Shown here: positions 18,837-27,812 of the stretch, piece after piece
Numbering within the stretch: position 1 is the stretch's first letter
How the letters are laid out: every line of letters begins with the position of its first letter
NCBI GenBank assembly: GCA_017456625.1
Contig: JAFTJB010000054.1
Coordinates: 1-59,538 of the forward strand
Direction of reading: 5' to 3'
Length of the DNA: 59,538 nucleotides
From: Clostridia bacterium
Lineage (GTDB): Bacteria; Bacillota; Clostridia; Oscillospirales; CAG-272
Translations under genes and position numbers: made by a program
Notes under the pieces: generated by a model
The model's input: the letters and a program-made list of their open reading frames with translations, nothing else
Database searches by the model: none
What the model was told of the DNA's origin: nothing

Positions 18837-19718
18837 ATGCAAACGATAGGGGTGACACCCAAGCTTGGACGAATCGACGCGATCTTGGCGAGAGAGAAGT
18901 TTTATTTGGAGACACATCTTGCGCAATTTCACGTCAATATGCACGAGCATAATTTTTTGGAGCTGACCTACATTACGGGAAACGCCGTGGAGCATAATCT
19001 CGACGGGCAGAAGGTGGTTTTGCGTGAGGGGGATTACTGCATTGTGGACTACGGAAGCAGACATAGCTATTCCAGCATGGGAAGCAATGGGTTTTCAAAC
19101 ATCGACTGTCTGTTTTTGCCGGAGCTGCTTGATCCCGTGCTCAAGGATACCAAGAGCTTGCGCTCGGTGCTGGAGCATTATCTTTTGGATTTTAATATGC
19201 AGGCGATGGTGCAAAATCCGTCGCGCACGGTATTTCACGACGATACGGGCGAGGTGCGTGCTCTGCTCGCCAAGATCGAGGAGGAGATGCAACGCCATGC
19301 GGCGGGCTATCGAGCCTTGATCCGTTGCTATCTGATCGAAATTCTGATGCTGACGATGCGCAGGATCGACGGTGTTCAGGCGGCGGCGACAGGGCAGAAT
19401 ATCAGCTCGTTTTTGACGGAGTATATCGCCGAGCACTATATGGAGCCACTGACGCTTCATGAGCTTGCCACACGCCTCAATTACAGTCTGCCATACATCA
19501 GTAAGCGATTTAAAGAGGATACGGGGGTGTCCTTTGTCAATTATCTGCAAAATTATCGCGTGATGCAGGGCTGTCGCTTGCTCTCCGCCACCAAGCATTC
19601 GCTCTCCGAGATCACGGAGATGGTTGGTTATCGAGACGTGAAGTTTTTCTCCGAGCTGGTCAAGCGGATGACGGGACTCTCACCGCGCGATTTCAGAAGA
19701 AGATACCGTAGAGGATGA
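18837..19718 (+). CDS. AraC-family transcriptional regulator (cupin-type sensor plus HTH)
   Basis: C-terminal AraC-type double HTH: LHELATRLNYSLPYISKRFKEDTGVSFVNYLQNYRVMQGCRLL...GYRDVKFFSELVKR. Start at ATG 18837 is preferred over TTG 18822. Confidence 0.85.
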   Translation: MQTIGVTPKLGRIDAILAREKFYLETHLAQFHVNMHEHNFLELTYITGNAVEHNLDGQKVVLREGDYCIVDYGSRHSYSSMGSNGFSNIDCLFLPELLDPVLKDTKSLRSVLEHYLLDFNMQAMVQNPSRTVFHDDTGEVRALLAKIEEEMQRHAAGYRALIRCYLIEILMLTMRRIDGVQAAATGQNISSFLTEYIAEHYMEPLTLHELATRLNYSLPYISKRFKEDTGVSFVNYLQNYRVMQGCRLLSATKHSLSEITEMVGYRDVKFFSELVKRMTGLSPRDFRRRYRRG

Positions 19719-19730
19719 TGTCGCGCGCAT

Positions 19731-19773
19731 GGGCACGGATACACCGAAAGAAGGTGCGATCCGTGCCCTTTTT
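19731..19773 (+). terminator. Rho-independent terminator after the AraC gene
   Basis: gggcacggat ... atccgtgccc stem followed by ttttt. Confidence 0.7.
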
Positions 19774-19827
19774 ATGGCTTTTTTGCAAAAAGTTTGCGGG
19801 AAACGCAGATACGTCTTGCTCGTCCTC

Positions 19828-19856
19828 TTGACAACGGTGCAATTTTAGTCTATAAT
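19828..19856 (+). promoter_or_regulatory. Consensus promoter for the transketolase genes
   Basis: TTGACA (19828-19833), 17-nt spacer, TATAAT (19851-19856). Confidence 0.7.
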
Positions 19857-19912
19857 ATAAGGTGAAGTAAAATACACCGTGCCAGGTGAAAAAAACAGTC
19901 AGGAGGACTACA

Positions 19913-20734
19913 ATGGAACAAACCAGAAAAGAACAGCTCCAAGCGATCGCTCGGAGAATTCGAAAGGGCATTATTGAAGGTACTCACGAGGCGAAATCGG
20001 GACATCCCGGCGGATCGCTCTCCATTACCGATATTCTTACTTATCTGTATTTCGAGGAAATGAATATCGATCCCGCAGATCCCAAGCGCGCGGATCGCGA
20101 CCGCTTCGTTCTTTCCAAGGGACACTGTGCACCCGCACTTTATGCAACGCTCGCAGAGCGCGGCTTTTTCCCCGTGGAGGAGCTCAAAACGCTCCGTAAG
20201 ATCGGCACGCGCTTGCAGGGACATCCCGATATGACGCTCACCCCCGGTGTGGATATGTCCGCAGGCTCTTTGGGCCTTGGCATCAGCTCCGCGGCGGGAA
20301 TGGCGCTGGCAGGAAAGATCGACAAGAAGGATTACCGCGTTTATACCGCTGTCGGTGACGGCGAGAGCCAGGAGGGACAGGTCTGGGAGGCTTGCATGTT
20401 TGCAGCACACTACAAGCTTGATAACTTCTGCGCGATCTTCGATTGCAACGGACTGCAGATCGACGGACCGGTTACCGAGGTCATGAATCCTTATCCGCAC
20501 GACAAGAAGCTCGAGGCGTTTGGCTTCTACGTGATCCGCATCGACGGTCATAACTTTGATGAGATCGAGGCTGCGTTCAACGAGGCGAAGACCGTCAAGG
20601 GCAAGCCCACCGCGATCGTTGCAAGGACGGTCAAGGGCAAGGGTGTGTCCTTCATGGAGAACAAGGTCAATTGGCATGGCTCTGCGCCTAACGATGAGCA
20701 GTACGCGCAGGCAATGGCAGAGCTGAATCAGTGA
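19913..20734 (+). CDS. Transketolase, N-terminal (thiamine-diphosphate binding) subunit
   Basis: AGGAGG SD, ATG 19913. Motifs: SGHPGGSLS and VGDGESQEGQVWEA. Confidence 0.9.
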   Translation: MEQTRKEQLQAIARRIRKGIIEGTHEAKSGHPGGSLSITDILTYLYFEEMNIDPADPKRADRDRFVLSKGHCAPALYATLAERGFFPVEELKTLRKIGTRLQGHPDMTLTPGVDMSAGSLGLGISSAAGMALAGKIDKKDYRVYTAVGDGESQEGQVWEACMFAAHYKLDNFCAIFDCNGLQIDGPVTEVMNPYPHDKKLEAFGFYVIRIDGHNFDEIEAAFNEAKTVKGKPTAIVARTVKGKGVSFMENKVNWHGSAPNDEQYAQAMAELNQ

Positions 20735-20749
20735 TAGGGGGAAAAGAAA

Positions 20750-21688
20750 ATGGCAGAGAAGATTGCAACCCGCGAGGCTTACGGCGCAGCGCTTGTAGAG
20801 CTCGCAGATAAATATGATTTCGTAGTCATGGATGCCGACCTCGCAGAGGCAACCAAGACGGTAAAATTCAAGAAGGCATATCCCGAGAGATTCTTTGATT
20901 GCGGCATCGCAGAGGGCAACATGATGAGCGTTGCGGCAGGAATCGCGACCACGGGAAAGACCGTATTCGCATCCAGCTTTGCAATGTTTGCGGCAGGAAG
21001 AGCGTTTGAGCAGGTCCGTAACTCCATTGGATATCCTCACCTCAACGTCAAGATCGGCGCGACTCACGCGGGCATTACCGTCGGTGAGGACGGTGCGACG
21101 CATCAGTGCAACGAGGACCTTGCGCTTATGCGCACCATCCCCGGAATGACGATCGTCAATCCTGCGGATGCGGTTGAGGCAAAGGCTGCCGTTGAGGCGG
21201 CTCTGTCGACCGAGGGCCCGTTCTATCTGCGCTTTGGCAGATACGCGGTTCCGGTCATCAACGATAACGCCGACTACAAGTTTGAGCTTGGTCGCGGTGT
21301 GAAGGTTGCGGACGGCAAGGACGTGACGATTGTTGCAACGGGTATTATGGTTGCGATGGCACTTGAGGCACGCGAGCTTCTGGCGGCAGAGGGTATTGAC
21401 GCGCGTGTTGTCAATATCCATACCATTAAGCCCATCGACCGTGAGATCATCGAGGCGGCTGCTCGTGAGACGGGTGCCGTTGTGACCGCGGAGGAGCATA
21501 ACATTATCGGCGGACTCGGTTCTGCCGTTGCCGAGGTGCTTTGTGAGACCTGCCCCGTTCCCATGGAGCGCGTTGGAATGAAGGATACCTACGGACATTC
21601 CGGTACGGTTCCCGCACTGCTTGAGGCATACGGTCTGACTCCCGCAAATATCGCGGAGGCGGCAAAGACTGCCATTGCGCGCAAGTAA
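20750..21688 (+). CDS. Transketolase, C-terminal (pyrimidine-binding) subunit
   Basis: 312 aa. Motifs: FFDCGIAEGNM and GATHQCNEDLALMR. Sits immediately downstream of the N-terminal subunit. Confidence 0.9.
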   Translation: MAEKIATREAYGAALVELADKYDFVVMDADLAEATKTVKFKKAYPERFFDCGIAEGNMMSVAAGIATTGKTVFASSFAMFAAGRAFEQVRNSIGYPHLNVKIGATHAGITVGEDGATHQCNEDLALMRTIPGMTIVNPADAVEAKAAVEAALSTEGPFYLRFGRYAVPVINDNADYKFELGRGVKVADGKDVTIVATGIMVAMALEARELLAAEGIDARVVNIHTIKPIDREIIEAAARETGAVVTAEEHNIIGGLGSAVAEVLCETCPVPMERVGMKDTYGHSGTVPALLEAYGLTPANIAEAAKTAIARK

Positions 21689-21756
21689 AAGATCCGCATA
21701 CAGCGGCACGGGAAATCCTTCTCTTGCCGCTGTAAGGGCTTTCTTGAGAGGCTGAT

Positions 21757-22344
21757 ATGAATTTTATTTTGGCATCAAAATCCCCCAGACGGCGCGAGAT
21801 CTTGCAAAATCTTGGCGTGCGGTTTGAGGTGGTGACCGCGGACACGGACGAGAGCAGCACGCTGACCGACCCGTGTGCGCTGGTAGAGGAGCTGTCGAGG
21901 CGAAAGGGTCTTGCGGTGCTCGAGCGATTGGAGGCAGAGGGCAGAGACCTGACGGATACGGTCGTGATCGCATCGGATACCGTTGTTTCGGCAGACGGAG
22001 GGATCCTGGGAAAGCCGCGCGACGCAGAGGATGCGGCAAGGATGCTTCGTATGCTTTCGGGCAGAGAGCACGAGGTCATCAGCGGGATCGCGCTGATCGG
22101 AAAGGATACGCTCGGGGTGTCGCATGACGTCACGCGCGTGAAATTTGCGCCGCTGACCGAGCGGCAGATCGCGTTTTATCTGCAATCGGGTGAGCCCTTC
22201 GATAAAGCGGGGGCTTACGCCATTCAAGGGCTGGCGTCCATGTGGATCGAAGGAATTCGCGGCTGTTATTTTAACGTCGTGGGCTTGCCCGTGCACAGGA
22301 TGTGTACCCTGTATTCCGAGCTTTTCGGAGAAGAATTTTTATAA
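21757..22344 (+). CDS. maf: Maf-like nucleoside-triphosphate pyrophosphatase (septum formation protein Maf)
   Basis: ILASKSPRRREIL at the N-terminus. GKPRDAEDA and KAGAYAIQG motifs. Confidence 0.9.
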   Translation: MNFILASKSPRRREILQNLGVRFEVVTADTDESSTLTDPCALVEELSRRKGLAVLERLEAEGRDLTDTVVIASDTVVSADGGILGKPRDAEDAARMLRMLSGREHEVISGIALIGKDTLGVSHDVTRVKFAPLTERQIAFYLQSGEPFDKAGAYAIQGLASMWIEGIRGCYFNVVGLPVHRMCTLYSELFGEEFL

Positions 22345-22376
22345 ACGAGCCAAACGGCAGAAGGGAGGTGCGCGCA

Positions 22377-23387
22377 ATGCCAAAGCAGATCGGTATTGAT
22401 CTCGGTACGTCAAATACAATGATCTATCTCAAGGACAAGGGAATCGTGATGCGCGCACCCTCTGTCGTGAGCATCGATCGCGCAACGCATGAGGTCATTG
22501 CGTCGGGAAGAACAGCCAAGCTGATGCTTGGCAAGACCCCCGGCAACATTCGCGCGCTCCGTCCGCTTAAGGACGGCGTGATCACCGACCTTCAGGTCAC
22601 CTCAATGATGCTGCGCGACTTTTTTGAGCGTCTGGACATGATCTCGCTCTTCAACCGTCCCTCCGCGCTTGTGTGTATTCCGTACGGGATCACTGAGGTC
22701 GAGCGGCGCGCGGTGGAGGACGCGACCTTTGAGGCGGGCGCGAAGAACGTGGGACTGATCGATGAGCCGATCGCGGCTGCTGTCGGTGCGGGTATCCACG
22801 TGTACAAGGCGAGAGGCGCAATGCTTGTCGATCTTGGCGGCGGTGTTTCGGAGTCGGCGGTCATTAGCCTTGGCGGCGTGGTGCAGTCCAATTCCATCCG
22901 AATCGCGGGAGATGAGATCGATATCGCGATCGTCAATTTTCTAAAGCAGTACCGCAACGTGCTCATCGGTGAGATCACGGCGGAGAAGCTAAAGGTTCGC
23001 ATCGGAACGGCGATCAAGGGCATTGATCGCGGTAGCATGCAGGTTTGCGGCAGAGACCTCAAGACCGGGCTTGCCACCACGATCGAGGTTACGACCGACG
23101 AGATCCGTGAGGCGATCCGCGAGCCTATTTCGGAGATCATTTCGATGGTCAAAATGACTCTGGAGGAAACGCCTCCCGAGCTTTCGGCGGACATTTTCGA
23201 TCTCGGTATCGTCATGGTGGGCGGAGGCTCGCTTTTGCCCGGACTTGACGAGGCGATCCGCAAACGGACAGGTGTGCGCGTGATCGTGGCACCCAAGCCC
23301 ATGGATTGCGTATGCGCGGGACTTGGCAGAATGCTGCAGAGCACGCACGGAGATTTCTCCGAGTTTGTACGTTACAAGGTAAAATAA
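22377..23387 (+). CDS. mreB: Rod-shape-determining actin homologue MreB
   Basis: Start at ATG 22377 after GGAGG (MPKQIGIDLGTSNT). Contains the actin-fold phosphate motif VDLGGG. Confidence 0.9.
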   Translation: MPKQIGIDLGTSNTMIYLKDKGIVMRAPSVVSIDRATHEVIASGRTAKLMLGKTPGNIRALRPLKDGVITDLQVTSMMLRDFFERLDMISLFNRPSALVCIPYGITEVERRAVEDATFEAGAKNVGLIDEPIAAAVGAGIHVYKARGAMLVDLGGGVSESAVISLGGVVQSNSIRIAGDEIDIAIVNFLKQYRNVLIGEITAEKLKVRIGTAIKGIDRGSMQVCGRDLKTGLATTIEVTTDEIREAIREPISEIISMVKMTLEETPPELSADIFDLGIVMVGGGSLLPGLDEAIRKRTGVRVIVAPKPMDCVCAGLGRMLQSTHGDFSEFVRYKVK

Positions 23388-23469
23388 GTCACTTTGAGAA
23401 TGGTTTTGGGGAAACGTCCGACATGGAGGTTTCCCCGAATGTATCATATTTTTCTTTTTTGGAGGCAGT

Positions 23470-24426
23470 ATGCTTGATATTCGAAGGGGCAGAAGAGATA
23501 TTGGATTTATCGCGCTGGCGATCGCGTTTATCTTTCTGTTTACCATTGCAATTCAGATTTTTGTCAGCATCGCGGTCGTTCAATTCGCGCCTTGGATGTT
23601 TGATGATGCGTTTTGGTCCTGGGCGATCAGTTCGGTGCCGATGTACGCGGTTGCCATGCCGCTTTCCATCTTTTTCTTCCGCCGGTGCAGGGAGGTAAAG
23701 AGACCGGAGAGGCAGCGGATCGGAGGGCTCAAATTTTGGGGGATCCTGTCGATCTGTTTTGTAGGCGTTTACGTTTGCAATATCATTGGCACGGCGGCAA
23801 ACGAGGCGTTTTCCGCACTTCTCGGCAGAGAAGCGATCAACGAGATCGAGCAGGTCACAATGTCCTCGCCCTGGTGGGTGAATCTCATTTTTACCGTCTT
23901 GCTCGCGCCCGTATTTGAAGAGCTGTTTTTGCGTAAGCTGGTCATCGATCGCTTGCTCCCGTACGGCGAATTGCCCGCCATTTTGCTCTCGGGCATTGCG
24001 TTTGGACTCATTCACGGCAACTTCAATCAGTTCTTCTACGCGGCGGCGGTCGGCATGATCTTCGGGCTTGTGTACACGCGAACGGGCAATATTCTGTACA
24101 GCATCGTCATGCACATGATCCTCAATCTGGTTGGAGGCGTGTATGCGGCAGAGGCGCAGAAGCTGATGGAGGGCGCGTCGTGGGGTGGAATTTTTGCATC
24201 GATCCCGTCTGAGATCATTGGAATTGTGATGATGGCGATCTATATGCTTGCCCTGCTGGCGGCGCTTGTCGGTGCGATCATTGCGTTTTTGAGCTATCGA
24301 AAGGAATTTTGGCCCCTGCGCCAAGGAATCTACACGGTCACCGCGCGTGAGTGGGTACAGATGCTTGTCATCAATCCATCGGTGTGGGTATTTTTGGCGG
24401 TGTGCGCTTTGATGTTCGTAATATAA
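23470..24426 (+). CDS. CPBP family intramembrane glutamic endopeptidase
   Basis: Polytopic protein with FEELFLRKL, GIAFGLIHGN and VMHMILNL motifs. Confidence 0.8.
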   Translation: MLDIRRGRRDIGFIALAIAFIFLFTIAIQIFVSIAVVQFAPWMFDDAFWSWAISSVPMYAVAMPLSIFFFRRCREVKRPERQRIGGLKFWGILSICFVGVYVCNIIGTAANEAFSALLGREAINEIEQVTMSSPWWVNLIFTVLLAPVFEELFLRKLVIDRLLPYGELPAILLSGIAFGLIHGNFNQFFYAAAVGMIFGLVYTRTGNILYSIVMHMILNLVGGVYAAEAQKLMEGASWGGIFASIPSEIIGIVMMAIYMLALLAALVGAIIAFLSYRKEFWPLRQGIYTVTAREWVQMLVINPSVWVFLAVCALMFVI

Positions 24427-24461
24427 AAAGACTAAAAATCATGGGAAAGGAGTGAGGCGTT

Positions 24462-26555
24462 GTGTGGAAGAGGACGGCACGGGATTATACGTTCCGATAT
24501 TTGATCATATCCGTTTTGTTTTGCGTGGTGTGCGTGTTTTTCCTCGGCAGACTGTTTTATATCCAGATCTCGGGACGGCAGAACAGCTATGACACCGGGA
24601 CCACGACACAGCGCGTCACGGTGCAGGCGGTGCGCGGTGAGATCTATGACCGAAACGGCAACAAGCTGGTCTCCAACCGCTATACCTACGATCTTGTGCT
24701 CTCGCACGCATCCTTCTCCAAAATGACGGTATACAGATCGAACGAGGCGAGTTTGAAGCTGCTTGAGGCGATCGCGGTATGCGGAGAGGGCACGTCGCAC
24801 AAGGAGATCTATTTCCCGTTTGCGGGGACGTACCCGCATTATACGCCGACGGCGGAGTTCGCGGGCGGGGATTCCATTCCGTATTACCGCTTCAAGCGCA
24901 TTGTTGCCGATCTTAAGCTGGATGAGAATATCACGCCGCAGGGCTTGGTGGAATACTATACGGAAAAGTACGGTCTGCTCGATACCGACGTGCTGGGCGA
25001 GCGACTGTTTACCGATGCGGAGGTGGATCGGCTTTTGCGCCTGCGCTATGACATGGATGCGCTTCGCTTCAATGCGTCCAACGATTATAAGCTGGCGGTC
25101 GAGCTATCCTCGTCCTCACAGCTCATTCCCTACGTTTCCGAGCTTGGCGTTGCGGGAGCGGATTTTACCGCGAACGTCACGCGCGTGTACGAGTACGAGG
25201 GGTATGCGTCGCATATCCTCGGTCAGGTCGGACCGATCTATTCCGAGGAATGGAAATATTACAACAGTCTGGGCTACCAGATGAACGCGATCGTTGGAAA
25301 ATCGGGTTGTGAGCTTGCGTTTGAGTCCTATCTGCGCGGAAGTGACGGTGTCATGGAGATTGAGGTCGATTCCGACGGACGTGTGATCAAGGAAACGATG
25401 ATCACGCCGCCCATTTCGGGAAAGAACGTCTATCTGACCATTGATATCGATTTGCAGATCGCGGCGGAGGACGGACTTGCGGAGAACGTGCAATACGTGG
25501 TGGACCGTTCGGCGGGATATGCGATATACGGTTACGGATGTAATGCCGGAGCGGCAGTCGCGATGGATCCCGAGACCTTTGACGTGCTTGCCATCGCGTC
25601 CTATCCGACCTACAACCTCGCAACCTTTAACAGAGATTACGATTCGATCGTCGCGAATGAGGCAAAGCCCTTGATCAACCGCGCGCTCAACGGACTCTAT
25701 GAGCCCGGCTCGACCTACAAGCTCGGCATTGCGGCGGCGGCACTGATGGAGGCGGAGATCTCTCCTTCTTCGGTCATCAATTGCAGGGGAGAGTACCCCT
25801 ACGGCAGCGCATGGGCGATCGATTGCTCGACCTTTGGCATTGCGCACAGAGGGGACACAGGACTTGTGACAGCGATCGCGCAATCCTGCAATACCTTCTT
25901 CTGTGAGCTTGGCGATCGTTTGGGAATTTCCAAAATAGAGGATTATATGGGGCGCTTCGGCTTTGGACGGGATACGGGCTTGGAGCTCGGCGGACAGAGC
26001 GGCGTTCTGGCAGGACCTACCTACCGTCAGGAGGCAAACATCGGCGAGATCTGGCGCGACGGTAACACGTGGCAGGCGGCGATCGGGAAGTCGGACAATC
26101 AGGCAACGCCCCTGCAGCTCGCGACCTACGTAGCAACGCTCGCAAACGGAGGCACGCGTTATTCCGCGCACCTGCTTCATAGCGTTTATGAGTTTGGAAA
26201 AAGCGAGCCGATGTTCACGTTTACCCAAACCGAGGAGACGGTGCTCGATACGATCCAACTTTCGGATTCGGCGCAAGGCGTGATCTTTGAGGGCATGGAG
26301 CAAGTGATTGAGGATCACAGCCGCATCAAAAATTGGCTCAAATCCGTTCCCGTAACAGTTGGAGGCAAAACGGGTACGGCGCAGAACAGCCTGGCGTGCG
26401 ACAACGCGCTGTTTGTGGCGGCGGCACCCTCGGATAAGCCCGAGATCGTGATCTCGGTCGTTTTGGAGCAGGGCTACATGGGTGAATACGCGGCAATGAC
26501 CGCCGCGCGCATTCTGGAGGCGTTCTACAACGGCGCAGACAGCGGTGTAGGATAA
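24462..26555 (+). CDS. mrdA: Penicillin-binding protein 2 (peptidoglycan D,D-transpeptidase)
   Basis: GTG start after AGGAG. N-terminal TM anchor. Transpeptidase triad: STYK, SCN, KTGTA. Confidence 0.85.
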   Translation: MWKRTARDYTFRYLIISVLFCVVCVFFLGRLFYIQISGRQNSYDTGTTTQRVTVQAVRGEIYDRNGNKLVSNRYTYDLVLSHASFSKMTVYRSNEASLKLLEAIAVCGEGTSHKEIYFPFAGTYPHYTPTAEFAGGDSIPYYRFKRIVADLKLDENITPQGLVEYYTEKYGLLDTDVLGERLFTDAEVDRLLRLRYDMDALRFNASNDYKLAVELSSSSQLIPYVSELGVAGADFTANVTRVYEYEGYASHILGQVGPIYSEEWKYYNSLGYQMNAIVGKSGCELAFESYLRGSDGVMEIEVDSDGRVIKETMITPPISGKNVYLTIDIDLQIAAEDGLAENVQYVVDRSAGYAIYGYGCNAGAAVAMDPETFDVLAIASYPTYNLATFNRDYDSIVANEAKPLINRALNGLYEPGSTYKLGIAAAALMEAEISPSSVINCRGEYPYGSAWAIDCSTFGIAHRGDTGLVTAIAQSCNTFFCELGDRLGISKIEDYMGRFGFGRDTGLELGGQSGVLAGPTYRQEANIGEIWRDGNTWQAAIGKSDNQATPLQLATYVATLANGGTRYSAHLLHSVYEFGKSEPMFTFTQTEETVLDTIQLSDSAQGVIFEGMEQVIEDHSRIKNWLKSVPVTVGGKTGTAQNSLACDNALFVAAAPSDKPEIVISVVLEQGYMGEYAAMTAARILEAFYNGADSGVG

Positions 26556-26567
26556 CAAAGAAAGGAT

Positions 26568-27107
26568 ATGGCAATGAAGGACAATCTGACTCCCGATTAT
26601 ATGTTCGGGACCTATCGCGAGATCACGCCCGAATTCCTCAAGGAAAAGGGAATTCGCGCGCTTTTGATCGATATTGACAACACACTTGCACCCTATGAGC
26701 AGCCCGACCCCGACGATGCGATCCGTGCGTGGTTTGAGTCGCTCAAGGAGAACGGCATCCGTGCGGCATTGGTGTCCAACAATCACCCGCCGCGTGTAGA
26801 GCGGTTCAACGAAACGCTGGGACTGCTTGCGTTTTCCGACAGCGGAAAGCCTTCGCGCAAGACCTTGGAAAAAGCGATGAAAACGCTCGGCGTGACACAC
26901 GGGGAAACGGCAGTTTTGGGCGATCAGCTTCTCACCGATGCCTACGGCGGCAAGCACATCGGTCTCCCTGCCATCATCGTTCCGCCAATTCATGATAAGA
27001 CCAATCTTTTCTTCCGCTTCAAGCGACTTTTGGAGCGCCCCTACATTCGCAAGTACGCAAAAAAACACGGTGCAGAGCCGTGGATGGCGTTCTGGAAGGT
27101 AAAGTGA
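26568..27107 (+). CDS. yqeG: YqeG-family HAD-IIIA phosphatase
   Basis: LLIDIDNTL (HAD motif I), VSNN, GDQLLTD. The start could be the second ATG at 26574. Confidence 0.8.
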   Translation: MAMKDNLTPDYMFGTYREITPEFLKEKGIRALLIDIDNTLAPYEQPDPDDAIRAWFESLKENGIRAALVSNNHPPRVERFNETLGLLAFSDSGKPSRKTLEKAMKTLGVTHGETAVLGDQLLTDAYGGKHIGLPAIIVPPIHDKTNLFFRFKRLLERPYIRKYAKKHGAEPWMAFWKVK

Positions 27108-27120
27108 GGAACGGAAAAAC

Positions 27121-27182
27121 CTTGAGAGGGAGGAACTTCTTGAAAGAAGTTCCTCCCTCTCAAACTCTCCCACCTCAAGAAC
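27121..27182 (+). repeat. Dispersed 3'-UTR stem-loop repeat, copy 1
   Basis: ttGAGAGGGAGGAACTTCTT-ga-AAGAAGTTCCTCCCTCTCaa followed by the tail aactctcccacctcaagaacc. Starts 14 nt after the yqeG stop. Confidence 0.85.
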
Positions 27183-27197
27183 CTATACAAGGGTGGG

Positions 27198-27812
27198 TTA
27201 CTGTACGGATTGGTTCATATAATTAAGAAATCCGTTCAAATCAAACAATACAATATTTGAGGAGCAAATGCAATCCCCTGACGATATTTCCTCGCTTTTT
27301 GCAGAATCGGAAATGCGATTGGGCAATTTATTCATAACGATCATTCGTCCATTTTCCTTTTCGGGGGTTAAGGTGTTCCAAGAAATTGTCGTCTTTCCAA
27401 CCATTCTCGTGTCAACGGCACCTCTTGCAATGTTTCCTGCCATATTTCTTTTGGTGACCAGACGGGTGGATTTCCACCATTCAATATGATTTTCATCGCT
27501 GAAATGTTGGCGGCAGTAATTTTTTCTTCGAAGCAGGAGGAGAACCTCGACGGTTTCTTCTTTGTTTTTTGCAACAATGTAACCCGTTCGAATGAAAAGA
27601 CGTGTAATTTTTGCTTGAAATCCTTTCCTTTTCAGCTTTTTCTTTACCTTGTGCGCAAGAAGCAGAAGGGATAGAAAATTGTATGCGAGGAAAATGGCGA
27701 TGCAACCTAAAATTCCGAGCAAAAGCGGAACATTGCGTATTCCGGAATCTCTGTGAGGCAGAAAGAGGGCACCGGCGATCAAAGCCAAAAAGAAATAGCC
27801 AAACCACTTCAT
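27198..27812 (-). CDS. Hypothetical membrane-anchored protein (two N-terminal TM helices) in an AT-rich islet
   Basis: 204-aa ORF with a GGAGG SD. Codon usage is rich in AAA/AAT/TTT, unlike its neighbours. I recognise no family motif. Confidence 0.55.
   Translation of the reverse strand: MKWFGYFFLALIAGALFLPHRDSGIRNVPLLLGILGCIAIFLAYNFLSLLLLAHKVKKKLKRKGFQAKITRLFIRTGYIVAKNKEETVEVLLLLRRKNYCRQHFSDENHIEWWKSTRLVTKRNMAGNIARGAVDTRMVGKTTISWNTLTPEKENGRMIVMNKLPNRISDSAKSEEISSGDCICSSNIVLFDLNGFLNYMNQSVQ

Noticed and set aside
21700-21733. A hairpin after the transketolase C-subunit gene, as a possible terminator.
   Set aside because: It has a 9-bp stem, a 16-nt loop and no T-run. This is too weak to call, and maf may be co-transcribed.
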